The translations under genes were made by a program, and so were the position numbers. The notes beneath the pieces were generated by a model. The model had not been told where the DNA came from, did not search any database, and saw only the letters and a program-made list of their open reading frames with translations. This document shows positions 48,389 through 60,555 of a DNA stretch of 64,000 nucleotides, piece after piece. The stretch spans positions 61,072,001 to 61,136,000 of the forward strand of contig CM059438.1 of assembly GCA_030390025.1 (NCBI GenBank). The letters run 5' to 3'. Source of the stretch: Squalus acanthias (taxonomy: Eukaryota). Each line of letters begins with the position of its first letter. Position 1 is the stretch's first letter.

Positions 48389-49590
48389 ATGGGAACCATT
48401 TATTTCCGTTCCTCCTGGACATCAGATTTGGACGAAGACCAGCCGCGGCAGCAGCAGAACCCTGATAAACAGCAGCACCAACTGCAGGAGCAACAGCAGG
48501 AGCTCCAAGCTGCTGCTCACCCACCTGAAGCTGCACAGGCCAGAAGGCGCCAGCACGTCGGCGCAGGAGATACCCCCAAAACAGGGTCTACAGACAGAGG
48601 ATCAGCTACCTCAACATGACTGAGCAGCAGTGCCAAAGGAGGCTCCGACTTTCGCGAGAGGTAGTGGGTGACATCTGCGCAATGCTGCAGCAAGAGCTGG
48701 AGCCCAGAGGAGCAGGTGGACACCCCTTACCAGTGGCCGTCAAAGTCACCACCGCACTCAACTTTTTTGCTTTAGGCTCATTCCAGGGATCAGCAGCAGA
48801 CATCAGCGGCATCTCCCAGGCAGCCGCACACACTTGCATCACGCAGGTAACCGATTATTTCTTTGCCATCACTCACAATTACATCAATTTCTCCACGGAT
48901 CAAGCCAGTGTAACTGCGCGTGCGGTTGGGTTTGACAATCTGGCAGGCTTTCCAAAGGTGCAGGGCGTCGTTGACTGCACACATGTGGCCCTTAAGGCAT
49001 CCCATCACAATCCAGGTATTTTTGTCAACCGCAAGGGCTTCCACTCCCTCAACATTCAGCTGATGTGTGACCACAAGAAGGAAATTTTGCATGTTTGCGC
49101 CAAGTACCCTGGCAGTTGCCATGACTCCTTCATTCTGCGACAGTCTAGTGTGCCTCCGCTCTTCAGTCCGCCAGACCAACTTTTCGGATGGCTACTTGGA
49201 GACAAGGGCTATCCCCTGAAGACGTGGCTAATGACCCCGTTGAGGAGCCCATCCAACGAAGCTGAGGAGCGCTACAACTCCAGCCACATTTCCACCAGAT
49301 CCATAATCGAACAAACCATCGGCTTGCTGAAGATGCGCTTCAGATGCCTTGATAGATCAGGTGGAGCCCTGCAGTACTCAGCAGCCAGGGTCTCCAGAAT
49401 GGTTGTGGTCTGCTGTGCACTTCACAACATGGCACAGCATCGTGGTTTGCAGATGCCTGAGGAACAAGTGGCTCATCACATAGCCTCCTCAGAACAGCTT
49501 GCAGAGGCACATCCACCAGCGGCAGCAGCATGCGAGCACATTGCTGCCTGGGATGCAAGGGACGCACTAATTTTGGCCAGATTTGTTTAG
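48389..49590 (+). CDS. Harbinger (HARBI1-like, DDE_Tnp_4) transposase; Q-rich N-terminus frameshifted near 48540, 324-aa core open from 48616
   Basis: GSFQ…GISQ helix-turn-helix, GVVDCTHV (D), [17 protein letters not shown] (D), IIEQTIG (E), RFRCLD…GALQY, CCALHN. The core frame extends upstream as [20 protein letters not shown]. Confidence 0.9.
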
Positions 49591-49848
49591 CCTAGCCAAT
49601 CAAGCACTTTTGCTTTGCTGCTTCTTACCAGAGCATCGACAATGGCCAAGAACCTGTGGATTCCTATCAATCTGACCACCATACTGACAATTGCAAGTCA
49701 CCCTAAGCCCTCAATGTGGAAGTCCCATTAGTGAAATGACACACGCCACAACTGCAACAGTTTGCCATCAGAATTTTTTAGGACAATAAGCACCTGATGG
49801 TTTTTCAAAATTAAACACAACATTACACCCAAGTGACTACCCTTGTGA

Positions 49849-51785
49849 CTACTTGTGCATTATCTTCCTCTTACGCGTGCTCCTACATGGTGCTTCCCCT
49901 GTGGCTTCAGCAGATGTGGAGGCTCCTTGCTCACTTTCTTGCTGCTCCTGCTTCGACACCTTTGGCGGGCGTCCTCTGGGTTTGCGAGCCTGTGAGAGCT
50001 CGGCAGCATTCTGCTGCTCCTGCGGCTGTGCAGGGGTTGAGACGTCGATCTCAGTTGGGTGTGGACTCTGGTGGGGCTCTGACCGAGGGCTCTGCAGTGG
50101 CATGGTCATGTGAGCGCTTGGAGAGGAGCCCCCACTTCCTTGTTGTCTGCCACCAACATCCATCTCATGGGTCAGCCCCACTTCAGAGCTAGCAAGTGGC
50201 TGGACAGCACCTTGCTGCACTGCAGGGGGGCCATGAGGACCCATTTCTGTACTGGTAGTCCTACTCCAGAGGACTTCCATGAAGGTCTGGTTTCTATGCT
50301 CAATAGCTGACCATCGGTCCTCAAGAGATGCCAGTCTATTCTGAACAATGACCATGTTTTCTACACTCTGGCGACTTAGCTCCTCCATGGCCGTAGCCAT
50401 CCTCTCCTCTTCTGTAGCCATCCTTTCCACGGAGGTTGCCATCCTTTCCGTGGTGATGCGTTCATGCGCCAATGCCTCCACAAAGGCTCTGCTCATGTTT
50501 GCGCTGGACTCCTCCATTCGCTCGACACTTTGCAGCGACCCTGGAGACAAAACCTGACAGAGACTCCTGTTCCTGGAGTTCCAGCACCGCTCTCCTTCTG
50601 GATGGACCCGGAGGCACAGGGTCGACATGCAGCTGAGCCAAGCTGGCAGAGTCATGCGCCCTCCGATGAGGACTCTCCACTGCTGTCCCTGTCTTCACCA
50701 TCTGCTGATGCTCACTTTTGAGCTGTGATACACCAGGTGACAACTCTACTCTATGTCCCGAAGTTCCCACCGAGGTGTGAGTGTCTGCGCTGGTGATGTG
50801 TGCACTTAATTCTGCTGAGGCTGTGCCCTCAGAGGTTGCAGCTTCCTCTGAGGAGTCTGGAAGCTCAGGCTCTTCCTCATGGACAGTGGGGACGGGGGCT
50901 CTCGATGGTCCTGTGGGGGAGTAAAGGAAAGAGTTAGAGCTGTGAGGTCAATGTTACATGCACATTGAATAGTGCAGATGATCATAAGTCAATGTGTTAG
51001 AGCATCAGATTCATTATCAGTGACTCATGCAATGTCAATGAGAGAGATGCCAAACTATTCTGTCACCAGCTTGCTGTGATGCGCCCGCCTGCCCGTCCCC
51101 CACTTGGGAATCCACCTCGATCCCGGTGATTTCCAGGGCCGCCTCCTCTGAAATGGTGAGCTGGGCTACTGAGGGTGGCCCTCCTCCTGTCCTCGCTCTT
51201 TCCCTCTTATTGTGGGCTCTCTTTTCCTGCAATGAGGGACAGAAGTGGCGTTTGAGTGAGAATGAAGGAGTGAGTGAAGAGAATCCATAGCATAGATGCT
51301 TAGAAGGATACCAAGGGCCCTCCCAGTGTGTTGTAAGTTGTTGTCATTGCATCACAGTGATAGGGAGTGTGAGGGCTGCATGGTAGAATAGTTAAGTGAA
51401 TGTGACCATAGAGAGAGAGGGAATGGGTAAGGGTGTAGGGATGTCAGTGTCAAGTGGGATGTGGAGGAAGAGGTTGGTAAAGCAGAGTGCTGGTGAGGAG
51501 AGGCGATGGGGATGAGATTGAAGGTGATGAGAAAGTCATACTCACTTTTCCTGTGCGGAGAAGGTCATGAAACCTCTTCCTGCACTGCAGCCAGGTTCTG
51601 CGGAACATAGAGATGGCATTGACCTCCTGGGCCACTTGCAGCCAAACAGCATTAGTTTGTTGTGGTGGCTTTTTTCTCCCTGAGGAAGGGTAGAGCACCT
51701 CCTTATTGGTTCTTGCTCCCTCCACCAGAGTTTGGAGGGAGGGCTCATCAAATCGTGGAGCACATTTTTGCCTGCTGGTGGACAT
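49849..51785 (-). pseudogene. Harbinger Myb/SANT-like (trihelix) DNA-binding protein gene, 3 exons (51785-51546, 51226-51067, 50910-49849), frameshift near 50570
   Basis: Exon 1 is 80 codons (APRF…W…VA..VN…RTW.QCRKRF.DL) followed by GTGAGT. TTGCAG acceptor in phase 0, GTGACA donor in phase 1 and a pyrimidine-rich CCCCCACAG acceptor are all in frame. C-terminal coiled-coil-like ERMAT repeats and a basic RKRK end lie in a shifted frame. Confidence 0.85.
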
Positions 51786-53254
51786 ATTCGTACAACAACT
51801 TCCTCAGTACAATCAGCATAAAGATTGCAGTCTCCAGAAGAAGCAAGGCTGCGTGCAGGCCTTATAAGCAGCAGCACTGATGACGTTATCGGAGGCGACT
51901 TTCTGGATGGAAAGACTAATTGGGCCAGGGGTTCCCACACGCTGGAACTCAAGTGCCCAATTAGGGGAAAATCACACTTTTTTCCCACATCACATCGGAG
52001 TCGGGGTCCTGACAGGGAAACCACCTGAAACGCCCCAGCCCGCCCACACTGGCAAAATCCAGCCCAAAGTATTTGTTTAATTTCTTTGCCATTTCCTTAT
52101 TCCCATTATAATTTCTCCTGTCTCAGCCTGTAAGGGGCCCACATTTACTTTCGCTAATCTTTTCCTTTTTAAATACCTATAGAAGATTTTGCAGTCTGTT
52201 TTTATGTCTCTCGCTAATTTACTCTCATTCTATTTTCCCTTTCTTTATCAATTTCTTGGTCCTCCTTTGCTAAATTCTAAAATCCTCCCAATCCTCAGGT
52301 TTACTATTCTTTTTGGCAGCATTATAAGCCTCTTCCTTTGATCTAATACTATCTTTAACTTCTCTTGTTAGCCACGGTCGGATTACTTTTCCTTTGGGGT
52401 TTTTGTGCCTTAAAGGAATGTACATTTGTTGTAAATTATGTATTAATTGTTTAAATGCTAGCAATTGCTCGTCCGCTGTCATACCTTTTAATGTAGTTTC
52501 CCAATCTACCTTAGCCAACTCGCCGCTCATACCTACGTAGTTTGCTTTGTTTAGATTTAAGACCCTAGTTTCAGATTTAACTAAATCACTTTCAAACTCA
52601 ATATAAAATTCTATCATATTATGGTCACTCTTCCCTAAAGGCCCCTTTACTACAAGGTTATTAATTAACCTTTTCTCGTTGCACAATACCGATCTAAATT
52701 AGCCTGTTCCCTAGTTGGTTCCTCAACATACTGATCTAGAAAACTATCTTGCATTCATTCCATGAATTCGTCCTCCACACTATTACTGCAAATTTGATTT
52801 GCCCAGTCTATATATAGATTAAAGTCCCCCATGATTATTGTATTACCCTTGTTACATGCGCCTCTAATTTCCTGATTTATACTCTGCCCTACATTACAAC
52901 TACTGTTTGGGGGCCTATAAACAACTCCCACCAATGTTTTCTGCCCCTTGCTCTTTCTTAGCTCCACCCAAACTGATTCTACTTCTTGATTTTCAGAGCT
53001 AAGATCCTTTCTCTCTACTGTCTTTATCCCATCCTTTATTATCAGGGCTACCCCTCCTCCTTTTCCATTTTGCCTATCCCTTCTAAAAGTTATGTATCCT
53101 GGAATATTTAGTTCCCAACCTTAGCCACTTTGCAACCACATCTCTGTTATGGCTATTAGATCAAACTTATTCATTTCTATCCGAGCTATTAATTTTAATA
53201 GCACTCATGATCCTTCCCAATCTCTCGCAGGTGTGAGTCGCTCATGTTTACGTT

Positions 53255-53475
53255 TAATGTGATGGAATGTGGAACTTGCTACTACATAGAGTGGTTGAGG
53301 CGAATAGCATAGGTGCATTTAAGAGGAAGCTAGCAAGTACATGAGGGAGAAAAGAATAGCAGGATGCGCTGATAGGGTGAGATGAAATAAGGTAGGAGGA
53401 GGTTCGTGTGGAGCATAAACACCGGCATGGACCTGCTGGGTCGAATGGCCTGTTTCTGTGCTGTATGTAACTCCA
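53255..53475 (+). mobile_element. CR1-type LINE 3' end
   Basis: ATGTGGAAC…GCATTTAAG…GGGTCGAATGGCCTGTTTCTGTGCTGTA. Confidence 0.75.
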
Positions 53476-53879
53476 CACAAGGGGTGTGATAGAACTCACT
53501 CACTGGTAACCAAGACAAAGATTAACTCCTAAATGTCCATGAGTCAAACATTACCACTTTGTGGGATGATAACTGCAGCATACTAGCTACGGTTCAATCC
53601 TACATTGTGACTGCTCCCCTCGGGCACATAGTGCAGCAATTAAAAACATTAGTTTATTGATCGATTAAACATGTAAACTACCTCCAAATTCACAATCACT
53701 GTGTGTGCTCTTTTCAATTTCAGTCTGGATTCACAAACAGGAATCTACCCTTTGGAGATGATTTATTGCACAGCATCATTGCTCCGCACTCTCAATAATT
53801 AACTTTTTGAATAGACTGCCATATAATGCAGTGAATCTGGGCTAATTCTGAATTTCTCTTAGCCCAGTCAACAGTTCCT

Positions 53880-54045
53880 ACAACTCTGACCTCTTGCTCA
53901 TTCGTCACTTCCTTCGCCCCACCATTGGTGGCCGTGCCTTCAGCCGTCTAGGTCCTAAGCTCTGGAATTCCCACCCCGAACCTCTCCGCCTCTCCATCCT
54001 CCTTCATGACGCTGCTTAAAAACCTGCCTCGTTGACCAAAGAATT
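53880..54045 (+). mobile_element. L2 LINE 3' fragment
   Basis: GGCCGTGCCTTCAGC…CTCTGGAATTCCC…CTTAAAA, matching the reverse complement of 57300-57470. Confidence 0.7.
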
Positions 54046-54054
54046 TCTCTGGGG

Positions 54055-54815
54055 TGTGGAGATTCCCTGTGCCAGTGAAAAACAGAGATGTGGTAGAGGT
54101 GGAGCTGCCTGGAATTCTGGCAGATGACATTATCCCACCAGTTCCCACCTCTTCTGGTGACCACTACATGGAGGGGGCAGATGCCAGAATCGCTTGCCCT
54201 ACTACCAGCGGAATTTGGCCACTTATTAGAAGAAAGGGCCCGACGCCCCAGTGGAACAAGATCACACCCTATTCCGGGCCCATCCGCTCCAATTGCCTTG
54301 ACACTGCAACGCCCCGCAAGTGCAGGAGCTTTGGGTGCTGGATATATAACGGTTCATAGTGAGCGAGGGCTCACTTACAGGAATGCTCGCTGCCACTGAC
54401 CGTGACAAGGCCGCATATTGCAAAAGAGTTGCTTGCTGACAATGTGTTTTGGGCACTGGTCCATCTGCCAGACAAAACGCCAGGGTGGAGGTGTCATGCC
54501 TGCTCATGTTCACTTGCCAATATTCAGCATGACATCTGGATCGTCTAACCCAGATGTGCTCACACATTGGCCTCGGAGACCGTGCTTAATGAGGACAGAT
54601 TGTTAATTGTATTTAATTGGGTGTTAAGTGTATTCCGGTGGTGGTTATTCTCTCTGGTGCTCATATATATGGGAGTAGACTGGGGAAGGGTTGCAAGCTG
54701 ATCTTGGGGGTGCACAGTATGTAATGTGTATCTCTGTAAATAAAGGCTTTTAAGTAACTAAAGACTAGGCTCTAGTGTTCTATCATTCGCCACCTGGCTT
54801 TCCAATTTTTACACA
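54055..54815 (+). mobile_element. Probable solo LTR (about 760 bp)
   Basis: TG start and CA end, TATATAT near 54664, AATAAA near 54739, imperfect GGTG/GATG flanks; no internal coding sequence. Confidence 0.45.
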
Positions 54816-55259
54816 GATGACTCTTGTCTGTTGAGTTCCGCGCAAACAAGTTCAGCTTCAGCACCATCTACTGTAGCGACCTGGCAAACTGCGTCTCTCT
54901 GGTAACAAGAGCCCGGCTCATCCTCTTCATCACACTAACCTTACATAGAATCAGTCACTGCTCAGTGACTCTGAAGGACTTCATGATTCATATCAATGTA
55001 CATGACTCAGTAGGGTATGCCGTCTTCTTGGGATCAGATTCCTTTGAGACCCTGGCCATCAGAAAATGGATATGGGAACTGCTCAAAGGAAACAGCTACA
55101 GATTGAGCAGCTGTGATGAACAGTTACTCAAGTACAGAGGTGTACTTGCATGCAAGCTGAAGTGTCGTCAGTGCAAGTTACATCACAACTGGGAATAGAT
55201 TGTGAATGTGGCACCAAACATCTAAACAAGGTCCCACTGACGCGCTACACACTCTTCCT

Positions 55260-55498
55260 CTTCAGTCCCATGCTCCTGATCTTTGGTCACCCGGTGCGGA
55301 GGAGAGCGGGCAGATCGGAAGACCTCCTCGTAGGACTGCTCCTGGGCCTGGCCAAAAAAAGCCATTAACTGGTCCAGGCAGCGGGCGGTCGAGGGCATCG
55401 TCACCCCGGCCAACCAAATTTTAATTTAATTTGTTACGTTTTATTTAAAGTTTTATTAAGTTACAGTTGATTTGTTTTAATCACCCACACAAAAAGAG
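55260..55498 (+). mobile_element. Second Tx1/L1-clade 3' fragment (same family as 38053-38700) with an internal deletion
   Basis: Encodes FSPMLLIFGHPVRR…EDLLVGLLLGLAKK; exact 14-bp TSD TACACACTCTTCCT at 55246-55259 and 55499-55512. Confidence 0.9.
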
Positions 55499-56505
55499 TA
55501 CACACTCTTCCTTTCAATAAAGAACCCATGTGAAGGGCAAGGCCCATCATGTAGGACACCACTGTGGTTCAGTAAGGTATTCAGTGCTGTGGCAAAAATG
55601 AAGCATTTTCGTCTGTGTTAGTTTATCGACTGGTTTCTTTCTTGCTGGTCATAGTGCCACTGGGTGAATTTTGGTTTCTGTTGAACGTTTCTGTGAGGTA
55701 CATGAATTCACATTTTGATTGAAGATGTTGAAAATCAGTTAATTCATGTCTGAGTTCTGATTCCTGTCAGATAATAGAAAGGTTGATACGTTCATTGTTT
55801 AAGTGACCAAGCTTTTCATTTTGAAGCTCCTGAACCACAGTGCTTTCCAGACTGGTTCCGCAAGCACCAACTGTGGTTCGATACTGCGAAATAGCAGCCC
55901 GTCTACGGAATTAGAGGTTAATGTGGGTTTGTTTTTGTTCTGACATAACATGACAGGATCTTGAAACAGGTCGGTGAAGTACTCTGACGCCGATCCAAGC
56001 ATCTTGGAGTAGTGATTAAGATCAACAGCTGTGAGAAGGGGCAGGGCCAATGAAGCCCTTTGATGGACAGCTCCATATCCAGAATCCTCTCAGTATTCTT
56101 ATCTTTGGCTGCTTTAACCCGACTAATCAGTTTAGGGTTTATAGCCAGCAGCAGGTCTGGATTAGTTTGGCTCCATGGTCATTTTTTGCCATGTAAGAAG
56201 TGAACAGCCATTTCAGCGCTCCAGCTATGTTGGAAGAAAGCTCAGAGGTAGCGGATTTATTGTTTTGATATATTGTGAATGGTAATAAAGTTTGTTAATT
56301 ACTGCAAATACTTTGCATTGCGTGCTGTTCTATGTTGGTTTGGAGCCGGAGGCTTGGTCTGATAAAATGTACATTCAATCAGACTGCTGAAGGTGAGGAG
56401 AATCACATGGCAGCACATGGTACATTACAGTAAGTCAGAGAACAATGCAAGGGTTCCTTCTTCAGGTCTTATTATCATTACTTGGCAGGTAAAGGCGCAC
56501 TCCAT

Positions 56506-57116
56506 ATAGAATCATGGAATTATAGAATGGTTACAGCACGGAAGAAGGCCATTCAGCCCGTCGAGCCCATGCCGGCTCTCTGCCAGAGCACTTCAGCTAG
56601 TCCCACTCCCCCGCCCTTTCCCCGTAGCCCTGCAAATTTTTTTCCTTCAGGTACTTATCCAACTCCCTTTTGAAAGCTGTGATTGAATCTGCCTCCATCA
56701 CCCTTTCAGGCAGTGCATTCCAGATCCTAACCATTTTTCCTCATGTCGCCTTTGGTTCTTTTGCCAATCACCTTAAATCTGTGTCCTCTGGTTCTCGACC
56801 CTTCCGCCAATGGGAACAGTTTCTCTCTATCTATTCTGTCTAGACCCCTCATGATTTTGAACACCTCTATCAAATCTCCTCTCAACCTTCTCTGCTCTAA
56901 GGAGAACAACCCCAGCTTCTCTAGCCTATCCATGTAACTGAAGTACCTCATCCCTGGAATCATTCTCGTAAATCTTTTCTGCATCCTCTCTAAGGCCTTC
57001 ACATCCTTCCTAAAGTGCGGTGCCCAGAATTGGACACAATACTCCAGTTGAGGCCGAACCAGTGTTTTATAAAGGTTCATCATAACTTCCTTGCTTTTGT
57101 ACTCTATGCCTCTATT
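56506..57116 (-). mobile_element. CR1 LINE 3' portion
   Basis: ORF 56727..57083 LYKTLVRPQLEYCVQFW…; (ATAGAATC)-type tail. Confidence 0.9.
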
Positions 57117-57119
57117 TTT

Positions 57120-57258
57120 AAATTTTTTATTATTCGTTCATGGGATGTGGGCGTCGCTGGCAAGACCAGCATTATTGCCCATCCCTAATTGCCCTTTAGA
57201 AGGTGGTGGTGAGCCGCCTTCTTGAACCACTGCAATCCGTGTGGTGAAGGTACTCCCA
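57120..57258 (-). mobile_element. LINE 3' end (same family as 63000-63695)
   Basis: Near-identical to 63005-63135. Confidence 0.8.
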
Positions 57259-57269
57259 TGTATATCACG

Positions 57270-58430
57270 GAAGGAGATATCAGGTCAGATGATCAAAAGC
57301 TTGATCAAAGAGGTAGGTATTAAGGAGTGTATTAAAGGAGGAAAGAGAGGTAGAGAGGTGGAGAGGTTTAGGCAGGGAATTACAGAGGTTAGGGCCAAGG
57401 CAGCTGAAAGCACGGCTGGCAATGATGGAGCGATTAAAATCGGGGATGCGCAAGATTCCAGAATTGGAGGAGCGTAGAGATCTCGAAGGCATGTAGGGCT
57501 GGAGGAGGTTACAGAGATAGGGAGGGGGCGAGGTCACGGATGTTGAAAACGGGGATGAGAATTTTAAAATTGAGATGTTGCTGGACTGGGAACCAGTGTA
57601 GGTCAGCAAGCACAGTGGTGATGGGTGAACGGGACTTGGTGCGAGTTAAGATATAGTCAGCATCGTTCTGGGATGAGCACAACTTTATGTAGGGTGGAAG
57701 ATGGGAGGCCGGCCAGGAGAACATTGGAGGTGACAAAGGCAGGGATGAGGGTTTCAGCAGCAGATGAGCTGAGGCAGGATCAGAGTCGGGCGATGTTACG
57801 GAGGTGGAAGTAGGCGGTCTTGGTGAGGGAGCGAATATTTGGCCAGAAACTCATCTCGGAATCAAACACAACACCAAGGTTGCAAATGGTCTGGCTCAGC
57901 TTAAGACAATTGCCAGGGAGAGGGGTGGAAACGGTGGCCAGGGAACGGAGTTTGTGGCGGGGACCAAAGAAAATGGCGTTGGTCTTCCAAATACTTAGTT
58001 GGAGGAAATTTCTGCTCATCCAATATTGGATGTTGGACAAGCAGTCTGACAAATCAGAGAGAGGGGAGGGGTCCAAAGAGGTGGTGGTGAGATAGAGCTG
58101 AGTGTCGTCAGCGTACATGTGGAACCTGATGTTATGTTTTCAGATGATGTCGCCGAGGGGCAGCATGTAGATGAGAAACAGGAGGGGGCCAAGGATAGAT
58201 CCTTGGGGGACTCCAGAGGTAACGGTGTGGGAGCACGAAAAGAAGCCGTTGCAGGTGATTCTCTGGCTACGATTTGATAGATAAGAATGGAACCAGGCGA
58301 GTGCAGTCCCACCCAGCTGGATGATGGAGCAGAGGCCATTGGAGGAGGATGGAGTGGTCAACTGTGTCGAAGGCTGCAGATAGGTCGAGAAGGATGAGGA
58401 GGGCTAGTTTACCATGGTCACAGTCACATA
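57270..58430 (-). mobile_element. L2 LINE ORF2 (RT) pseudogene
   Basis: [31 protein letters not shown] and LHW.PV motifs across frameshifts. Confidence 0.9.
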
Positions 58431-59298
58431 GACCGTTTCCTCCTACATTTAGTGCTTCTGCCATAGAGTCACGGAATACCAATCGATTTGGACAGGGTGT
58501 GGGGCAGTAGAATCAATGGGTAGGTGCTGTGCATTGCAACTATGGTCCTGGACCAGAGCAGCGAAGACGGGACAGTGACTAAATCCCATAATGTGGTAGT
58601 GGGAAGGATTTGGGAACCGTGGCTGTGCCCCTTTATTTCAGCCTGAGGAAAGCTAAGAATAGAAACTCTGTCACAGCCAGCTTTAAAGTGATTACATCAG
58701 AGATGGAAAAGGGAAGAGAGGCTTTTCTGTTTGGAGATGCTGATGGCAGTATCAATCAGTGAGGTAGTGGTTCAAATTTAGCCAGAACAGGCTCACCGGT
58801 TTATCTACAATCATTGTGGCTGTAAATTCTTTGGTACTGACAGATAGACATTTATAAAATGCTGACTGTGAGTGGGAGGACCTGGAAAGGGGTGGGGACA
58901 ACAATGAGTCAGTGTGTGTAGTGGGTGTTAGTTAATGTGTGTGGGGTTTGTGTGAGTGTAAGGACCGGGTTGTCAGAGTGATACTATGTCACAGAGTGCG
59001 GGATGGTGCGAGTGCGGGGTCTGGAGTCGGGGATAACACTGTCCCAGAGAGCGCAGGGACAGGGTTTGTGCCAGCATGTGTTCTATGGCTCTTTATCATT
59101 GATATTTCTTGTCCCAATGATTCCACCAAGCAGAATAAGGACTAATGAAGCCATGGGATTTCGGTCATTTTTCAAAGTATAAAAAAATAAAACAGCACAA
59201 GCCATCGATGGGGGGTTAACACTCTTGGTACCGACCCTGGGAGTGGATATCTCTATTATTTCCTCGTGTTTGCCAAATAAGTTGCTTTTAAGATGCTG

Positions 59299-59468
59299 GG
59301 GTAGATTTGGACTTTGTGCGCTAGTGTAAAGCAGGTGATAGTGAGTCGGCAGCCCGATTTCCATCTCTTCATTGACTTCAATGGAAATAAAAATCGGGAG
59401 AGTTGTAAAACGGGCTGCCCATTGACTGTCACCCGTTCTACACTAGCGGACAAAGTCCAAATCTGTCA
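59299..59468. mobile_element. 170-bp Harbinger-type MITE
   Basis: Long inverted ends GGGTAGATTTGGACTTTGT / ACAAAGTCCAAATCTGTCA, CTG TSD on both sides, central CATTGACTTCAATGG. Confidence 0.75.
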
Positions 59469-59482
59469 CTGTAAATAAAAAA

Positions 59483-59625
59483 GGGGGTGAAATGCGCCTT
59501 GGGCGGTAGCGCGAAACAGGCGATAGAGAATCGGCAAGCCGTTACACATCCCGCCTGACTTTCTTTTCTTTTTCTTTGCGCTATCGCACGTTTTGCCGTA
59601 CTCGCCAGGGCGAGTTTCACTCCCA
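59483..59625. mobile_element. Short Harbinger-type MITE
   Basis: GGGGTGAAATGCGCCTTGGGCG / CGCCAGGGCGAGTTTCACTCCC inverted ends; internal GCGATAG / CTATCGC. Confidence 0.6.
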
Positions 59626-60555
59626 AAGTGTTTGACGACCCTTTACTTCCATTTACTTTCATACAACTGCGTAAATTAAGATAAAACATCGCATAACATC
59701 ACTAGCGAATAGTGTTCTTGTGACGCAGATGATGGAAGCCCCTCCTTTCCAGTCTTCTCTGTACCAACAAACGCAGAGCGATAAAGATTGCAAAATCCCA
59801 TTTAAAAAAAAATGAAAGCAACGCCTCTTTAAAACAACATAACTCTGACCTACCTTTTCCCAGCCTGGATTAGGAATGTTGCTTCAGACCTTCAGAGATT
59901 TAAAGGACTGAGCTTTGAAAGAAGCGGGGGAGTGGGGGGGGAATTTGTCACTGAGAAAATAAAAGGTTCTAAACAGCTCGACAGAAATGACGTATTTTTA
60001 AAAGCAGTTTTTCATGTAAACACAGTGTGCGGTTTGGAATCTTTGGCCCAGTGGAAAATCTAACGTTTATGACAGCTGATTCCGAGTCCTGGAACATGTT
60101 GGCACTCTTGGCTTGACATCATTTGGTGGTTAATTTCCCATGAACCCTTGCTCGCTATTCACGCAAATAACTTGTGGTAACTTGACAGCCGAAGGGTCAT
60201 TTGTCAATGAGAGCAGAGATAATCCTACTGGATTGCCTCAGCAGACACTTAGAGTGAAGACAAATTGTTCATACAGCACAATGAACGCCTCATGCTAAAA
60301 TTAAAATCCATTATTCGGTGACAGAAGAAGTTTTATGGCAATTTGTTAACCCTTTTACTGTCAACAGAGCACACCCTCATCCTGTCAGCAGGTTCTTTAA
60401 CAAAACCCTCTCACAGCTGAAGATTTCCCAATTTGTTGGCCGAATGGTGGGGTGAGGTGAGATTGCTGCATTTTGTCTAGTGGTGCTTCATTGAAATCTA
60501 GTCCAACAAAACTTAATTGTGATTGGCGGAAATAGATAATCAGGATTCAGCCAAT

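Larger units (their letters stand above)
48024..52065. mobile_element. Near-complete PIF/Harbinger DNA transposon (right TIR present, left TIR deleted)
   Basis: Convergent transposase and Myb/SANT genes; right end …GGCAAAATCCAGCCC; no matching left TIR, and about 38 bp of host CR1 is missing at the left junction. Confidence 0.9.
42724..53190 (-). mobile_element. CR1 LINE 'A', broken into three pieces (42724-42937, 46534-48023, 52066-53190) by nested insertions
   Basis: The pieces are collinear with the CR1 at 39105-41148: 3' UTR, then RT, then endonuclease (VYRPPNSS, MGDFN). The sequence resumes across each insertion. Confidence 0.9.

Noticed and set aside
48616..49590. Host gene HARBI1
   Set aside because: The ORF is inside a CR1, is paired with a Myb gene and a TIR, and is frameshifted at the N-terminus. 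This is a transposon copy, not the domesticated gene.
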